Shown: positions 22,067-33,200 of the stretch, in pieces | Layout: every line of letters begins with the position of its first letter | How positions within the stretch are numbered: position 1 is the stretch's first letter | Source: Minutocellus sp. GHC0000111 | Taxonomy: Eukaryota | DNA length: 64,000 nt | Assembly: GCA_977018835.1 (NCBI GenBank) | Contig: OZ361261.1 | Span: 1,302,001-1,366,000 of the forward strand | Direction of reading: 5' to 3' | Notes under the pieces: model-generated | Seen by the model: the letters and a program-made list of their open reading frames with translations, nothing else | Databases searched by the model: none | Told to the model about the DNA's origin: nothing | Position numbers and translations under genes: made by a program

Positions 22067-22813
22067 ATGATATTCTCCCAACATAAAACGCTCTTGCTCC
22101 TCACACTTACATGTGCGAGGTTCATCGGCAGTGCCGCCGAATGCATCGAAACAACCGATGTCTATGACGATGTCTGTTCATTCGGGGGGGACAGAACAAC
22201 TTGTGGATTTCTTCCTGGATGCAACTGGAGCGGTGGTGCCTGCGTTGGTGCTGAATGCTCAAGGCATACGCATGAAAACTCTTGTAACAATGAGATGGGA
22301 TGCTTCTGGGTGGATGGCGTCCTTGCCGACAATGTCGGCAATGTAGGCGACTACTTTCCACCTCCCGAAGATTTCGAAGACGAGATGGACTTCGACCACA
22401 ACGACATGTCCGATTGGATGGATCAAGGCCTAGATGATATTTGGTCAGGTGATATTCGTGATATTGAAAGTGTTGGGTATGGGCCCAGCGGTCCATCTCT
22501 GTGGTCATCTACCGAGGAAAAAGGGATGAAGGACTATAAAGTCAACCTGGCCGTCAAGACGATACTATTCACTCTCCTTGCCATCGTCTGTTTGGTTGGA
22601 GTTGTCATGGTCTCGAAGAAAGCCAAAGAGAGCGACTCCGATACCAACGGCGATGCAATAAAGGATGATTCTCCAGATGAAAAGAATACACAGCAAAAGA
22701 ACGGAGAGGATGACGATCAGGATATGACCATTGAGCACGACGAGGAAGAAGGGCGCAGCTGGACAGAAATTAATGGTGCTCCAACCTATGAGATCGATTC
22801 GGACGATGAGTAA
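22067..22813 (+). CDS. Type I membrane protein with Cys-rich ectodomain
   Basis: Signal peptide, two C..GCxW repeats, acidic linker, one TM helix (ILFTLLAIVCLVGVVMV), acidic tail. Confidence 0.7.
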   Translation: MIFSQHKTLLLLTLTCARFIGSAAECIETTDVYDDVCSFGGDRTTCGFLPGCNWSGGACVGAECSRHTHENSCNNEMGCFWVDGVLADNVGNVGDYFPPPEDFEDEMDFDHNDMSDWMDQGLDDIWSGDIRDIESVGYGPSGPSLWSSTEEKGMKDYKVNLAVKTILFTLLAIVCLVGVVMVSKKAKESDSDTNGDAIKDDSPDEKNTQQKNGEDDDQDMTIEHDEEEGRSWTEINGAPTYEIDSDDE

Positions 22814-22890
22814 GAAGCGTATCGAGCCCACGCAAAGCACAGTAGTATTGAAAGCATCGCATAACTGAACTTTATTTACAAGCCACACTT

Positions 22891-24105
22891 TTACTCCTGA
22901 TCTTCTTTGTCAACCTCCTCCTCATCGTAGTCACCTTCTTCATCAGACGATTCTGCTATGCAGAAGAATTCTCCTGCGGCAATGGGCCGTCTTGAAACGA
23001 TGGCTCCCAAGCCTGACTCCAATTGCACAAGTTCGCAGTTGGGATCCTCTGATCGATGCAATTCACAGTCGGGCATATCTTCTTCCGTAAATATGATTGT
23101 GTCCTTATCGATATTGTCTGCCGCGTACAGCCCATCTAAATTCGACATTTTCCCGTCATCATCTTTCTTGCTTGTCGATCCGTCTGCTTCATCGAAATAC
23201 ACATCTTGAGCATAGGAAACAGATGGAACGGCCTTCCCATCATCTTTGCAAGTCGGCTGTGGCGGTATGATGGTTTTATGCCACCATAGTTTTGTATTGA
23301 GTATCAACACATCCCCCTCATTGCATTTCACAATGACTCGACCTTCCTCACTTCCAGCAAGTCCAGCAGTCGCAGATAAATCTTCACTTTTCTGCACCTT
23401 CCCATTCCTCCCTTCATCATTTCTTCTCTTGATAAGCTCGGCCGTAGGTCGAATGTGCCATTCCTTGCACCCACTCAACTGATAATGCCACGTTCCATCA
23501 TGCGAAACTGAATCAGTGTGTTCCGGTCGACCATCGAGATTCATTTCTTTCGACGCATTTCTTCCAAAAAATGTCCAGAGACAAGGTCCGTGGCGCATGT
23601 TTTTCTCCGAAGTATCATTGCTAGTTTTGAGAGAAAGCTGTGGCATAGGTAGACGAGCAAGAGTATCGGCCAAGGTCTTTTCGTCTTGCACTAGAAAACT
23701 ACAATATCCTCTACGTTCTTCGTCATCGTCATCAGACTGCGCTAAAAACTCGTCTGGCTTTCCCTTCTTGCCCCCATCACTTTCACCATCACCATTGGCC
23801 GCGGCATTCTCTATGCAAAATGTGCCCTTATCATCACCCGTTAAAGAATCAAAGAAGGCAGCTAGGCCACGCCACGAGAGAGTTCCCTCCTTATCGTTCT
23901 GCTGAATTCGAGCAGACTTGATCAGGACAGCTTGATGCTTCTCGTATGCCTCGAAGAATGCCTCTGAGGAAATGAGACCAGTCTCGGAATCGGCGGTGAG
24001 TGTTGGTACGCTTACGGCATCTTGGCAGAGCTCGGTCACTGTGGCCTCGGGGGAATCAGTGCGCCGACGCTTTGCATTGGGAGCTGGCTGATGACTGGTG
24101 GACAT
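22891..24105 (-). CDS. JmjC/cupin 2OG-Fe(II) oxygenase with C-terminal SET-like module
   Basis: EHTD (HxD), WHYQLSGCKEW, EGDVLILNTKLWWHKT; C-terminal GLYAADNI...HRSEDPNC...RPIAAGEFF. Confidence 0.75.
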   Translation of the reverse strand: MSTSHQPAPNAKRRRTDSPEATVTELCQDAVSVPTLTADSETGLISSEAFFEAYEKHQAVLIKSARIQQNDKEGTLSWRGLAAFFDSLTGDDKGTFCIENAAANGDGESDGGKKGKPDEFLAQSDDDDEERRGYCSFLVQDEKTLADTLARLPMPQLSLKTSNDTSEKNMRHGPCLWTFFGRNASKEMNLDGRPEHTDSVSHDGTWHYQLSGCKEWHIRPTAELIKRRNDEGRNGKVQKSEDLSATAGLAGSEEGRVIVKCNEGDVLILNTKLWWHKTIIPPQPTCKDDGKAVPSVSYAQDVYFDEADGSTSKKDDDGKMSNLDGLYAADNIDKDTIIFTEEDMPDCELHRSEDPNCELVQLESGLGAIVSRRPIAAGEFFCIAESSDEEGDYDEEEVDKEDQE

Positions 24106-24237
24106 GGTCGAAAAAATGAAAGGCTCGTGTGCCGGCCGGTGGCGGCGGCGGGGGCGGACGGGGCGCGGGCGGGGGCCAGACGGATTTATGCTGCTTTTGA
24201 ATTCATAAGCCATTTTCAAAGCTCATTCAATTCAGCA

Positions 24238-25320
24238 ATGACGAGAACGACAACATTTACCCTATCGTCGGCACTCTTATATGCGACCGTTGCCGCGACA
24301 GGGGGTGACTTTGCATGTCTTCATTCCATATCTTGCCCAGGACCCGCGGTATCTGGGAAGAAACAAACAAAAACGAGCACATCCAATGACGACCAAGACT
24401 CATCGGCATGTGTTGTGCTCAATATGTATTTGCTCGACATTCGAGGCGGAAGTGCATCCCCATCAGACAATTATGACCCCGCAATTTGGGAGAGATTCGT
24501 CCGAGCAACCAAGGGAGATGAGGCCTTGGCCCAAAGGCGATATCAAGAGACCGAGGCGTGGCGCAAGAACAACGGAATAGATGTTCTCTTGTCCGAACCG
24601 CATCCGCAATTTACCACGATCAAGCAGCATTATCCACACTACTATCATGGCCGGGGCAAACGTGGCGAACCGGTGTACTACGAACTACCGGCCCAAATCA
24701 ATCTCAAGGAATTGAAACGGAGTGGCATCGACCTGTCCAGCTTGCTACGACATTATTTGCTGGTTACCGACTTTTGCTGGACTGTCTTGGAAAGGGTACA
24801 GCACGGTCCACAATCGCAATCCATTTATGTATTGGATCTTGAGGGTATAAAGCTGAAGGATTTTGTTGGCGATGTGGCGAAATTTGTCAAGGAAGCCGCG
24901 AGCTTGACGTCGCAGCACTATCCTGAATGATCAGGTGGGATATTTGTAATCAATGCACCGGTATTCTTTGACGTTTTATGGAAGGTGATCACGCCCATTG
25001 TCGACCCATCCACATTGGAAAAAGTCAAGGTAATCAGAGGAAAGGACAAGATACTGTCGGCTCTAAGAGAGAGAATTCCGTTGAATCAAATTCCGCCAGA
25101 ATACGGTGGCCGTGGATTGCCACTGGGACATTCAGAGGAGGAGAGATATCTGGCAGCTTTGATGGAGCACAATACATTTCACCACAGCGGTCACATGAGT
25201 TCTGCCCCACAACAGAGGAACGATGCCTGCGAATTTTGCTACCAAGCGGCGTTATCTGCTGCCCGAAGTAGTAGTAGTAGTAGTAGTAGTAGTAATGAAG
25301 GCGCGCCTTCGAGTCGATAG
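24238..25320 (+). CDS. Sec14/CRAL-TRIO lipid-binding protein with an internal in-frame TGA
   Basis: RFVRATKGD, HYYHGRGKRGEPVYYE, VLDLEG, HYPE*SGGIFVINAP...WKVITPIVDPSTLEKV, QIPPEYGG. Stop at 24928-24930. Confidence 0.85.
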
Positions 25321-25367
25321 GACCGCGAAAATAAATTGTACATAATTCCCCTATATACTCTTGTTAT

Positions 25368-27047
25368 CTAAGAGCAGATGGTGCAGTACGCATTCATGGG
25401 TAAATCGCATGCACTCCCCTTCACATAGGTTTGGCGATCGCTGCCTTTACGCTGGTCATCAAAGAGACCGCCGGTAAGTCTGTTGTTCAAATGGGAGGCA
25501 TATGCTCTTTCCAGAAGAACCTCAGCCTTCCCACCCGTTGGACTCTTCTTTGACACACAATAATCGAACCACCGTTTCCACCCAATAGGTTGAATTGTCT
25601 TTTTGTCCAGTATCGTGACACAGCGACCGTCATTTTCTTTCAATTTTGCATTGCCATCGTTCTTCAATCTTACGGTGCTGCCCGGCTTTGGTTCCATATC
25701 AGCCACAGGCTCCTCCTTCAGTTGCTTTTCCCAGCTCGCAAGTACTTTGTCTTTGATCGCACCTTCACACACCAGGTCTGGCCGCTCCCATGCGATTCGT
25801 TTTAGGACTCTTGGTCCATTGTTTCCCCATACAGTTCCGTTGAAGTGTCGCATGAAGTTATTCAATGCAGCCGCAACAAATGGGTGATGTGGCTTGGGGA
25901 ACGGGATGACGTTATTTTCTGGTGCTGCGATTGCCCCGTCTCTTGGCAGCGGTTCAATAGCCGACGCATTTCGTTCCTCTTTTACAGCCCCTGAGCCTCC
26001 GCCACCCCCGGCAAAAGCCTCGTCATGTGAGCGCAATATAATCACGTCCGTATCCATGTACGTCCCGCCCTGCACATACAATAACGCCAGTCGTAATAAG
26101 TTGCTCTCATTTGAATACCAGAATTCCTGCCGACGAAGTTTTGGGAGGGATGCGATGAATTCCTCCGCCGCCGTTTTGTTGACCTCCACATGTCTGCTAA
26201 TTGAGGCCTTGACAGCTTTCATAAGCATATCGACCGGATCGTACCTATGAAAGGTAATGTTGTACCCATGCTCGATCAGTGGTGCCAATCGAGGGTGCGT
26301 TTTATCAAGAAGAGTTGCATTTGCATCACCGCCGCTGCTGGTGCTGGTGCTGCTTCTGTTGCTGGCACCAACCAAAAGCTTGGGCTGATGAATGTGCAGC
26401 CGACCCTTTGGATTGGAATGAAACACCGACTCGATCGATCGGACATTTAGCGTACTCAGTGTCGTGGAACCAGTGGTGAACACCATGTGAAATAATGGCC
26501 CGGCCATTTTGTCCGTCTTCTCGTCTTCTCCAACTTGCTCCGGTCGCTTCTTTTCATTTGCCTTGTCGCTCTGTTGGTCTCTTATCCTAGCTCTGGTGCT
26601 GTTGTTGCTGGTTGCCCCATTTGATGTTGGTATCTTCTGTTGTGGCGTACTATTTGGCATTGGTTCCTTGGCATCATTGTTTGTCGTTTCTTCCGCCGAT
26701 GTTTCGTCCTCTTCATTTATTGAACTTTCGGCTGCCGGTGTCGGTTCGCTGGTTGGTCGGGACTCACTTTCTACATCGTTCTCAACGGAACCCTCCGCAA
26801 TGTCTTCATTCGCTTGCAGTTCTTGGAGCGCCGAAGAATGCAACTCATCGTGAGTGGAAGGGTACTCGCCCTCACCCGCCTGTTGAAGTACGTGGTGCTC
26901 ATCATTTTGAAGCAGCCCAACATCTCTACTACCGTCGCTTTCTTCCATGACCGAGTGCGAAATTTGCGCCGGTGGCGGCGCAACCAGAAAATAAACGCCA
27001 ATGGCGGCAGACAAGATGGCCATCGGCCGTCGGCTCTTCATTATCAT
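25368..27047 (-). CDS. GT32 alpha-1,4-glycosyltransferase (DXD)
   Basis: Type II anchor, stem, SIESV, SNLLRLALLYVQGGTYMDTDV, HPFV, WGNNGPRVL. Confidence 0.85.
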   Translation of the reverse strand: MIMKSRRPMAILSAAIGVYFLVAPPPAQISHSVMEESDGSRDVGLLQNDEHHVLQQAGEGEYPSTHDELHSSALQELQANEDIAEGSVENDVESESRPTSEPTPAAESSINEEDETSAEETTNNDAKEPMPNSTPQQKIPTSNGATSNNSTRARIRDQQSDKANEKKRPEQVGEDEKTDKMAGPLFHMVFTTGSTTLSTLNVRSIESVFHSNPKGRLHIHQPKLLVGASNRSSTSTSSGGDANATLLDKTHPRLAPLIEHGYNITFHRYDPVDMLMKAVKASISRHVEVNKTAAEEFIASLPKLRRQEFWYSNESNLLRLALLYVQGGTYMDTDVIILRSHDEAFAGGGGGSGAVKEERNASAIEPLPRDGAIAAPENNVIPFPKPHHPFVAAALNNFMRHFNGTVWGNNGPRVLKRIAWERPDLVCEGAIKDKVLASWEKQLKEEPVADMEPKPGSTVRLKNDGNAKLKENDGRCVTILDKKTIQPIGWKRWFDYCVSKKSPTGGKAEVLLERAYASHLNNRLTGGLFDDQRKGSDRQTYVKGSACDLPMNAYCTICS

Positions 27048-27550
27048 GCTTGCCTTTGACTCAAAACCTCCGCCCCACTACAAGGCCAATCGGCTCTTTG
27101 CTTTGTCATGTTTGAGAGCTCTGAGAATTATTTGGGGTGGAGGGGGATTTGAGCTCGAAATTAAAAGGGGGAACACCCATTTTCTCAAAAATCTGACACA
27201 GAAATCGCCAAGAAATCTTTGAGTTCGATACCAAATCTTGACGACGCTGAAGAGGAGAGCAGAGTGAGAGGAGACGAAGTAACTGGATGCGGCAGTATGG
27301 ATGACGACGAGAGCGGCAGTAGCGCTCGATATGTTACTTGGTCTTCTTGGTTCTCCATTGTGTTAGGGGAGCATACACTAAAAAAGGATTCGAATAGTTA
27401 CGGCGGCGCATCGACCGATTTCGATTGTTCAGGGCCAAAGTAGCCAGAGGGAAATCCAAGCCAAGAGGAGGCAGGCCAGTCAAGAGGGTGTCAAGGAAAC
27501 CGGCGGCTGGAACCAAAACCCTATCTCACTAAGATCCAGTTAGCTTCAAT

Positions 27551-29122
27551 ATGCCCTTATCTCGCCGTGCCCGACGCCCAACGTCGGCCTTGCGACGAAA
27601 ACCACGCTACAGCCCACCGACGCCAACTGGTGCTGGCGACAACAAGGTCTCGCGTAGATCTCGCTCGCGTTCCCGTTCCATGGACAGGAGGCCGTCATCA
27701 GCAAGAGGACGCGCCGTCTCGAGAGGGCCACAGGGACCAGGCACACCACGAACATCGGCTGGTCACGTACCAGTGTCTGCTCGGGCAAACTCGCATCCGG
27801 TACCACTTGGGCTGAGCCAACCGGGTCCACAGATTAGCAGGAGCAGGCCGACGACTCCCCTGGCTGTGGTGCCATCACGAAGACAGGCCGAAGTTGCAGC
27901 GGCAAGAGCTGCAGCGGCGCCCAGAGCACCTCCCAAGATATACAAGTCACCCCAGCACTTCCCAAGCCGCGACCACATGCACTTTGCCAATGAAAATGCA
28001 CTTCACAGCAACAACATAGCTGGCGGACCGCCGCCGTATGCCAGCCCAATAGCAGCTGCTGCACCGCCGCCGCCACCACCACCACCACCACCACCACCAC
28101 CACCTAGGGGACGGGCAAGACAACGCCAAGGTCACGGCCAAGGGCAAGGCTATCATCAACGCATGGCATCTCACCATACTATGCCGCCTCAGCCAAAACG
28201 AAGGTCGAGGTCTCCATTTGGCAGATTTTCATTGTCGCCCGGCAAAAGAAGACAGTCTTCGAAGCAGAATCTAACCTTCTCTCATGAAAACGAGACATTT
28301 CTCTTTGAACCAGGTTCAGAGTTCGAGGAATCGTTCTATAGCACCGACAACGACGGGCGCACGCAGCTAACAAGAATGCTTGGAGGCGATAGGCATCTAT
28401 CGCAAAAGGTAAAGGCGCACATTGAGTGCAAGGTAGATGAAGAGCCAGCGGCCAGATTCGAAAAGATGAGCCTCAAGGAGAAGATCCACGCTCAACGCAT
28501 GGAGGCCGAGGCCGCAATGGCAGCCGCCGCTACCTCCCGCAGGAACAAGAGCAAGAAACCATCTTCGACCAAGAAACGAAGCAGCGGCAAAAAGAAAAAG
28601 TCCAAGCGAGGCAAGAGCCGATCATACAGCAGCGATGAGGAGAGCCAGGCCTCGCTGGGAGAGCTTTTGGAGCAGGCATGCACTGGAACAGGTAAAAAGG
28701 GAAAGTATCACGACGAAGAATCGACGAAGTATTATTCTAGCGATTGCAGTAGCGAAGAGGAGGAAGAAACGGAATATACCATGGGAACAATGACGCTCAT
28801 CGAAAAGGCAGAGAAGTTGGCCAAAATGAAGAAAAAGAAAAAGAAGGCAAAGAACAAGAAGAAACGCCACTCGAGCCTTCCCGAGGGATGTAAAAAAGTT
28901 CGCTGTCCTCCAGGAAGGCTGGGCATATCCATCGACACGACCGCTCATGGACCAGCGATTGGATATATTGCCCCCAAGAGTCCCCTGATTGGATTGGTTG
29001 AGGTTGGAGATATCATTGTTTCAATTGATCGGGAGGACGTAACGCATCTCGACGCCGAGGATGTGATGGACATGCTTTCAGAGAGAAAAGACGAATACAG
29101 GAGACTCATCATTCAGATGTGA
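27551..29122 (+). CDS. PDZ-domain protein 1 (disordered N-terminus)
   Basis: C-terminal PPGRLGISIDTT...SPLIGLVEVGDIIVSID. Confidence 0.8.
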   Translation: MPLSRRARRPTSALRRKPRYSPPTPTGAGDNKVSRRSRSRSRSMDRRPSSARGRAVSRGPQGPGTPRTSAGHVPVSARANSHPVPLGLSQPGPQISRSRPTTPLAVVPSRRQAEVAAARAAAAPRAPPKIYKSPQHFPSRDHMHFANENALHSNNIAGGPPPYASPIAAAAPPPPPPPPPPPPPPRGRARQRQGHGQGQGYHQRMASHHTMPPQPKRRSRSPFGRFSLSPGKRRQSSKQNLTFSHENETFLFEPGSEFEESFYSTDNDGRTQLTRMLGGDRHLSQKVKAHIECKVDEEPAARFEKMSLKEKIHAQRMEAEAAMAAAATSRRNKSKKPSSTKKRSSGKKKKSKRGKSRSYSSDEESQASLGELLEQACTGTGKKGKYHDEESTKYYSSDCSSEEEEETEYTMGTMTLIEKAEKLAKMKKKKKKAKNKKKRHSSLPEGCKKVRCPPGRLGISIDTTAHGPAIGYIAPKSPLIGLVEVGDIIVSIDREDVTHLDAEDVMDMLSERKDEYRRLIIQM

Positions 29123-29334
29123 GATGCCGGGCACTGGCGCTGCATATACCAATATACATACAATGTAACAACTAGTATCGGGAATGCATGAACAAACACA
29201 ATTCAGTACCTCTACTGAATGTAATTTCCTATTCGACATTCATTCGATTGGAACGGACATCTATCGAATTTCATCAGCAAGGAAGGAAGCCCACTGCAGT
29301 CTCTTCATTGCTCCTTTCCAGCCACAAAGCAGCA

Positions 29335-30174
29335 ATGAAGAATGATATCGACACAGATCCTAGCGATAATAAGGAAGTGTCCTACGTGTACGCTCACATC
29401 GCACGCCGACTGAAGCAGAAAAAGAAAGAGCAAAGAAAATATCGCAAGAGAGCAATCCGCAAGAGCTCTTCACAGCATCCGGGGTGTCCTCCAAATGAAG
29501 AGCGGAGCGCTCGCCCCTCCAAGAAGTCAGTATCGTTTCAAGAAGACATACATGTAGAAACTGAAAGTCTAGTAAGTCCCCACGATGAATCGAGGAACGG
29601 CGAACTAGAAGATCAGCGACACGATGCTGCCGATACCGAGGGTAAGAGAGAAGATTTTTTCTTCGAGCTGCCAAATATTCGTGAACTATCTCCTACTTTG
29701 GAATCATATGTCTGCGACGCCCTGAGAGCTGCTAATCTCATTGCCGATGAGAGTGACAATGAGAGTGATGATGATTACGAGAAAAACTCCCGCGCGTACA
29801 GCGATGGCGACGTATCTTCTTGTTATTATTCTCGCCAAGATTCTACCTACGAAGATGAAACGTGCTTCAGCCAAGATACAACACTCCCCACGGACAACCA
29901 TGCCAAACTGCCGGTTGAATCTCGACTGTGTATCTCGGCAGTTACCGAGAAGATCATCATTCCGCCGGGAAGGATGGGAGTTGTCATTGTCGATTCGAAG
30001 CAGGGGCCACTGGTGACAGCTGTGGCCGAGAGCTGCCCTGTCAACTTGATGGTGGGAGATGTTATTGCATCTGTCGACGGAAGGGATACGTCTACTCTGA
30101 ATGCCGAACAGGTACTACACCTACTTTTAGCGAGATCGGATCAGCACCGTTTTCTCTTGGTAATGCGCATGTGA
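29335..30174 (+). CDS. PDZ-domain protein 2
   Basis: C-terminal PPGRMGVVIVDS...VGDVIASVDG. Confidence 0.8.
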   Translation: MKNDIDTDPSDNKEVSYVYAHIARRLKQKKKEQRKYRKRAIRKSSSQHPGCPPNEERSARPSKKSVSFQEDIHVETESLVSPHDESRNGELEDQRHDAADTEGKREDFFFELPNIRELSPTLESYVCDALRAANLIADESDNESDDDYEKNSRAYSDGDVSSCYYSRQDSTYEDETCFSQDTTLPTDNHAKLPVESRLCISAVTEKIIIPPGRMGVVIVDSKQGPLVTAVAESCPVNLMVGDVIASVDGRDTSTLNAEQVLHLLLARSDQHRFLLVMRM

Positions 30175-30683
30175 TAGCTGGCTTTAAGTTGAAAGTAAGC
30201 CCTTCGTGAAACTAGCGCATCAGCTTCTGAAAGTAGCGCATGGTTCGCACAACACTTTTTAACCTGAGTAAGGTTCGCATATCTGTTCCCGACTTTTTGA
30301 CTATGTCAATTTTTGGGCTCAACCTTTCGATACAGAAAAATGATGTGCCGATACTTGACCCGTTCCAACTTTTCCGCGCCAAAGGTATCAGTGTAGTGTG
30401 CTGTCTCGGTGCGCCTCGCTCTTCGGCGTTGAAACGTCATTTCAGACCGCTTGTCTGTTCTCTCTTGCTCCGTCTCCCAAAGTCGCGGCTACAAATCATT
30501 TTCGACGCACAAATCTAACTATCGCTCGAACCTCGACGAAGCCAGCTTCCACTTTGACTTTGGCGGAATCTTCCACCCAATCGATTTATTGGCTGCGCAC
30601 TCCGATTTCCTATAGCGAGGCTCGATAGTAGACCAATTGGAGCTTAGCACAGTCCGGCATTATTTGCAAGTAGCGGCGACACA

Positions 30684-32177
30684 ATGTCTCGCCGCGGCAA
30701 CAACAGCCGAGCAGAGATCTTTGCTGTCCAATCCGACTGCGAAGAAGATCGGCCATCGAAACAGTCCTAACCGACGCCGAGGAGGACTGGACGGCCGTCA
30801 CGCCCGAGCCACGTCGACCCCGCGTCCAATCGCGCCGTCAAAAGTCGGTCCTGCGCGAGAGGCACAAACGCCGCACTCGAGACGACGTCCCGTGGGATCA
30901 TCACGAGAAGCATCGTCACACACGCGCTCCGGTGGGAATATCAGAGAAGATCGAACGCCGCCTGGCCGAGAAGGAGAAGATGAAGAACGCAAGTCGAGGT
31001 GGTGGTCGTTCGAGGTCGTCGTCGAGAAAGCCGGCCGTCATTTATGACGAGGACGAATCCTTCCTGTCGTCGTATGCCAATGGCGGCGGCGGAGGAGAGG
31101 AAGAAACCGCTGTTACCTCCATCAGTCAGCTAAAGAGGGAGCTGAAACGAATGGCCAAGCTCAAGTCCAGCAGTGATAAGAAGACCAGCAAAACCAAGTC
31201 TAAAACGAAGAAAAATAGGACCAAGTCAAAGGACGATAAACGCAAAAAGAAGTCCAAGAAGAGCGGCAAACGGAGGAGCAAGAAACGAGGGGATGGCGAT
31301 GCCTTTGAGCAATTGTTCAAGGCATGTGATACGTCAGGGGGTGTATACGGCCTGCAAGATGGTGGACAAGGCCTTCCAGCTCGATTCCAGCAGCGACGAA
31401 GATAGCAGCAGCGACGAGGAATCATCATCCGACGAGGAAGATACCATGGCAGCCTCCACTGCAGTAAGCACGGCCGTGACTGGTGCTGATAACACGGCCA
31501 TCACCGGCTTCACCGAAGCCACGTCGGCCGTCCCATCCTTTGATACTACAAAGCACAGTGGTACCACCGCGACTGGATATACTGGTATTACGGAAGCTAC
31601 TGGTTACACCGAGGAAACCCCAGCACCTCCTCCCCGAAGAACATCGAGAAGAAAAGAAGCCGTCAGCTCGAAGCGTTCACCACCAGCCAGTACACCCACA
31701 CCAAGCCGAAGAGAGCCAATGCCTACTCCCTCCACCCCCCACAAGAAGAGCGGTGGTCACCGATACCGCCAAGTCATTGCTCCACCCGGCAAGCTTGGTC
31801 TATCTCTCACGTCTTCACCCCAAGGGCCAATGGTGAAGATGGTGTCAAGACATTGTCCCGTCAAGGTCAAGGTCGGCGATGTTATCGCCAGAGTGAATGG
31901 CCAGAGTGTCCTTGGCATGGACTGCAAGCGGGTGATGGAGATGTTTGTCACATTAGGAAAGCGTGAAAAGATTATTGATATCTTGCCACAAAGTTGTAGC
32001 GGCGGCGGTTCTCCTGGCGGTGCCATTAGCAAGCCAAGACCAACCGCTGCAACCCCGTCCAGACGAGGCACAGCTACTGGTCAGCATCGCCATTCTCCTC
32101 AGACCATGCGGTCGAAGAGCACCCCCAGAGCTACTGCATCATCTCGAAGCAGATCAAGGAGTCAGAGGAGGCACTAA
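30684..32177 (+). CDS. PDZ-domain protein 3 (frameshifted; start uncertain)
   Basis: PPGKLGLSL...VKVGDVIARVNG. K/S/E-rich upstream segments lie in several frames. Confidence 0.7.
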
Positions 32178-32345
32178 TAAGATACCAGAGAAAACTCATC
32201 TCTCTAATGCTAATGATTTTCATAACACCATCATTTGGGTTCTTGTGTGAAGGAAGGGGTTGCATCCCCGTCACCTACCACGTACTGTACAACCTACTTG
32301 CCCAAACTCTATTCATGCAGAGATCTATTCCAAGGTCAACGCAAC

Positions 32346-33200
32346 TCATAACCGAGATAGTTGTGTGCCGTTCACTTCAACCATCAGACAAGTTGCTTCC
32401 GCATAGACCATTGTATTTGCTTTGATTATCTTCTCCTGAGTACCAGCGGGTTTGCTGCTACTCTCCCTCATATTGTTGCCATATGTATTCCTTCTGCACA
32501 TTTCCAAATATGCATCAAAGTGATGCTTCCGTCCTTCCGATCGCATGTGGTAAACTCTGAGGAAGCAACGCTGACCTGCAAACAGTGGCCGTTTATATGT
32601 CACATTGAGATTTGCCGTTACTGCCGGTGGAGTGGCGTCCAGGTCCTTCCACTGTATGGTTCGATCTATTGCTGGTCGTTTATCAACATGCCGCCTTTTT
32701 CTGCTTCCATCCCCCCGACCACGGCAATGGCTTTCATGAGCAAAACACTGGTAACCCCACCCAATGGCCTCATCAAATAGTAGACTGATTATTCCACCAT
32801 GCACCAACCCTTCATGGCCGATCAATTTGCTTCCCACTTGCAAGTCGAGCACAACGAGCTCAGCATGAGCTTCATTCCGTTTCCCGCTTGGAGTTTGCTT
32901 GCCACCAGGTGCCGGTTGCCGATGTCTTGGTGGATGGTACCATATGTCGAAACGCTCCAAGCACCCGCACGCGCCAAGAAGGCCGCTTTTGCCAAATACA
33001 GCGTGATTCGACTGCAACAAGTCGTCAGGGAGGACCACTCGTTGATATCTCTCTGCCTGGAATGGCGCCATGGTGCTCTGACTGTGAAATGAGTGAGTGG
33101 TGTATGAGCGAGTTGGCGCCATTATCAGCACGCTCTCCGAGGGCACTTCGTGATTGCTACGAAGTGGAGAGGCTGACAACAGACTGGCACCGTCTAACAT
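32346..33200 (-). CDS. HotDog-fold acyl-CoA thioesterase (THEM4/PaaI-like)
   Basis: GHEGLVHGGIISLLFDEAIG, VTANLNVTYKRPL, EGRK, YAEATCL. Start uncertain. Confidence 0.85.
   Translation of the reverse strand: MLDGASLLSASPLRSNHEVPSESVLIMAPTRSYTTHSFHSQSTMAPFQAERYQRVVLPDDLLQSNHAVFGKSGLLGACGCLERFDIWYHPPRHRQPAPGGKQTPSGKRNEAHAELVVLDLQVGSKLIGHEGLVHGGIISLLFDEAIGWGYQCFAHESHCRGRGDGSRKRRHVDKRPAIDRTIQWKDLDATPPAVTANLNVTYKRPLFAGQRCFLRVYHMRSEGRKHHFDAYLEMCRRNTYGNNMRESSSKPAGTQEKIIKANTMVYAEATCLMVEVNGTQLSRL

Noticed and set aside
24928..24930. Selenocysteine or genetic-code reassignment
   Set aside because: The position corresponds to Arg, and many other genes in the window terminate normally at TGA.
25267..25293. 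(AGT)n, (CCA)n and (TGT)n tracts inside ORFs
   Set aside because: Ordinary coding microsatellites (poly-Ser, poly-Pro, poly-Asn).
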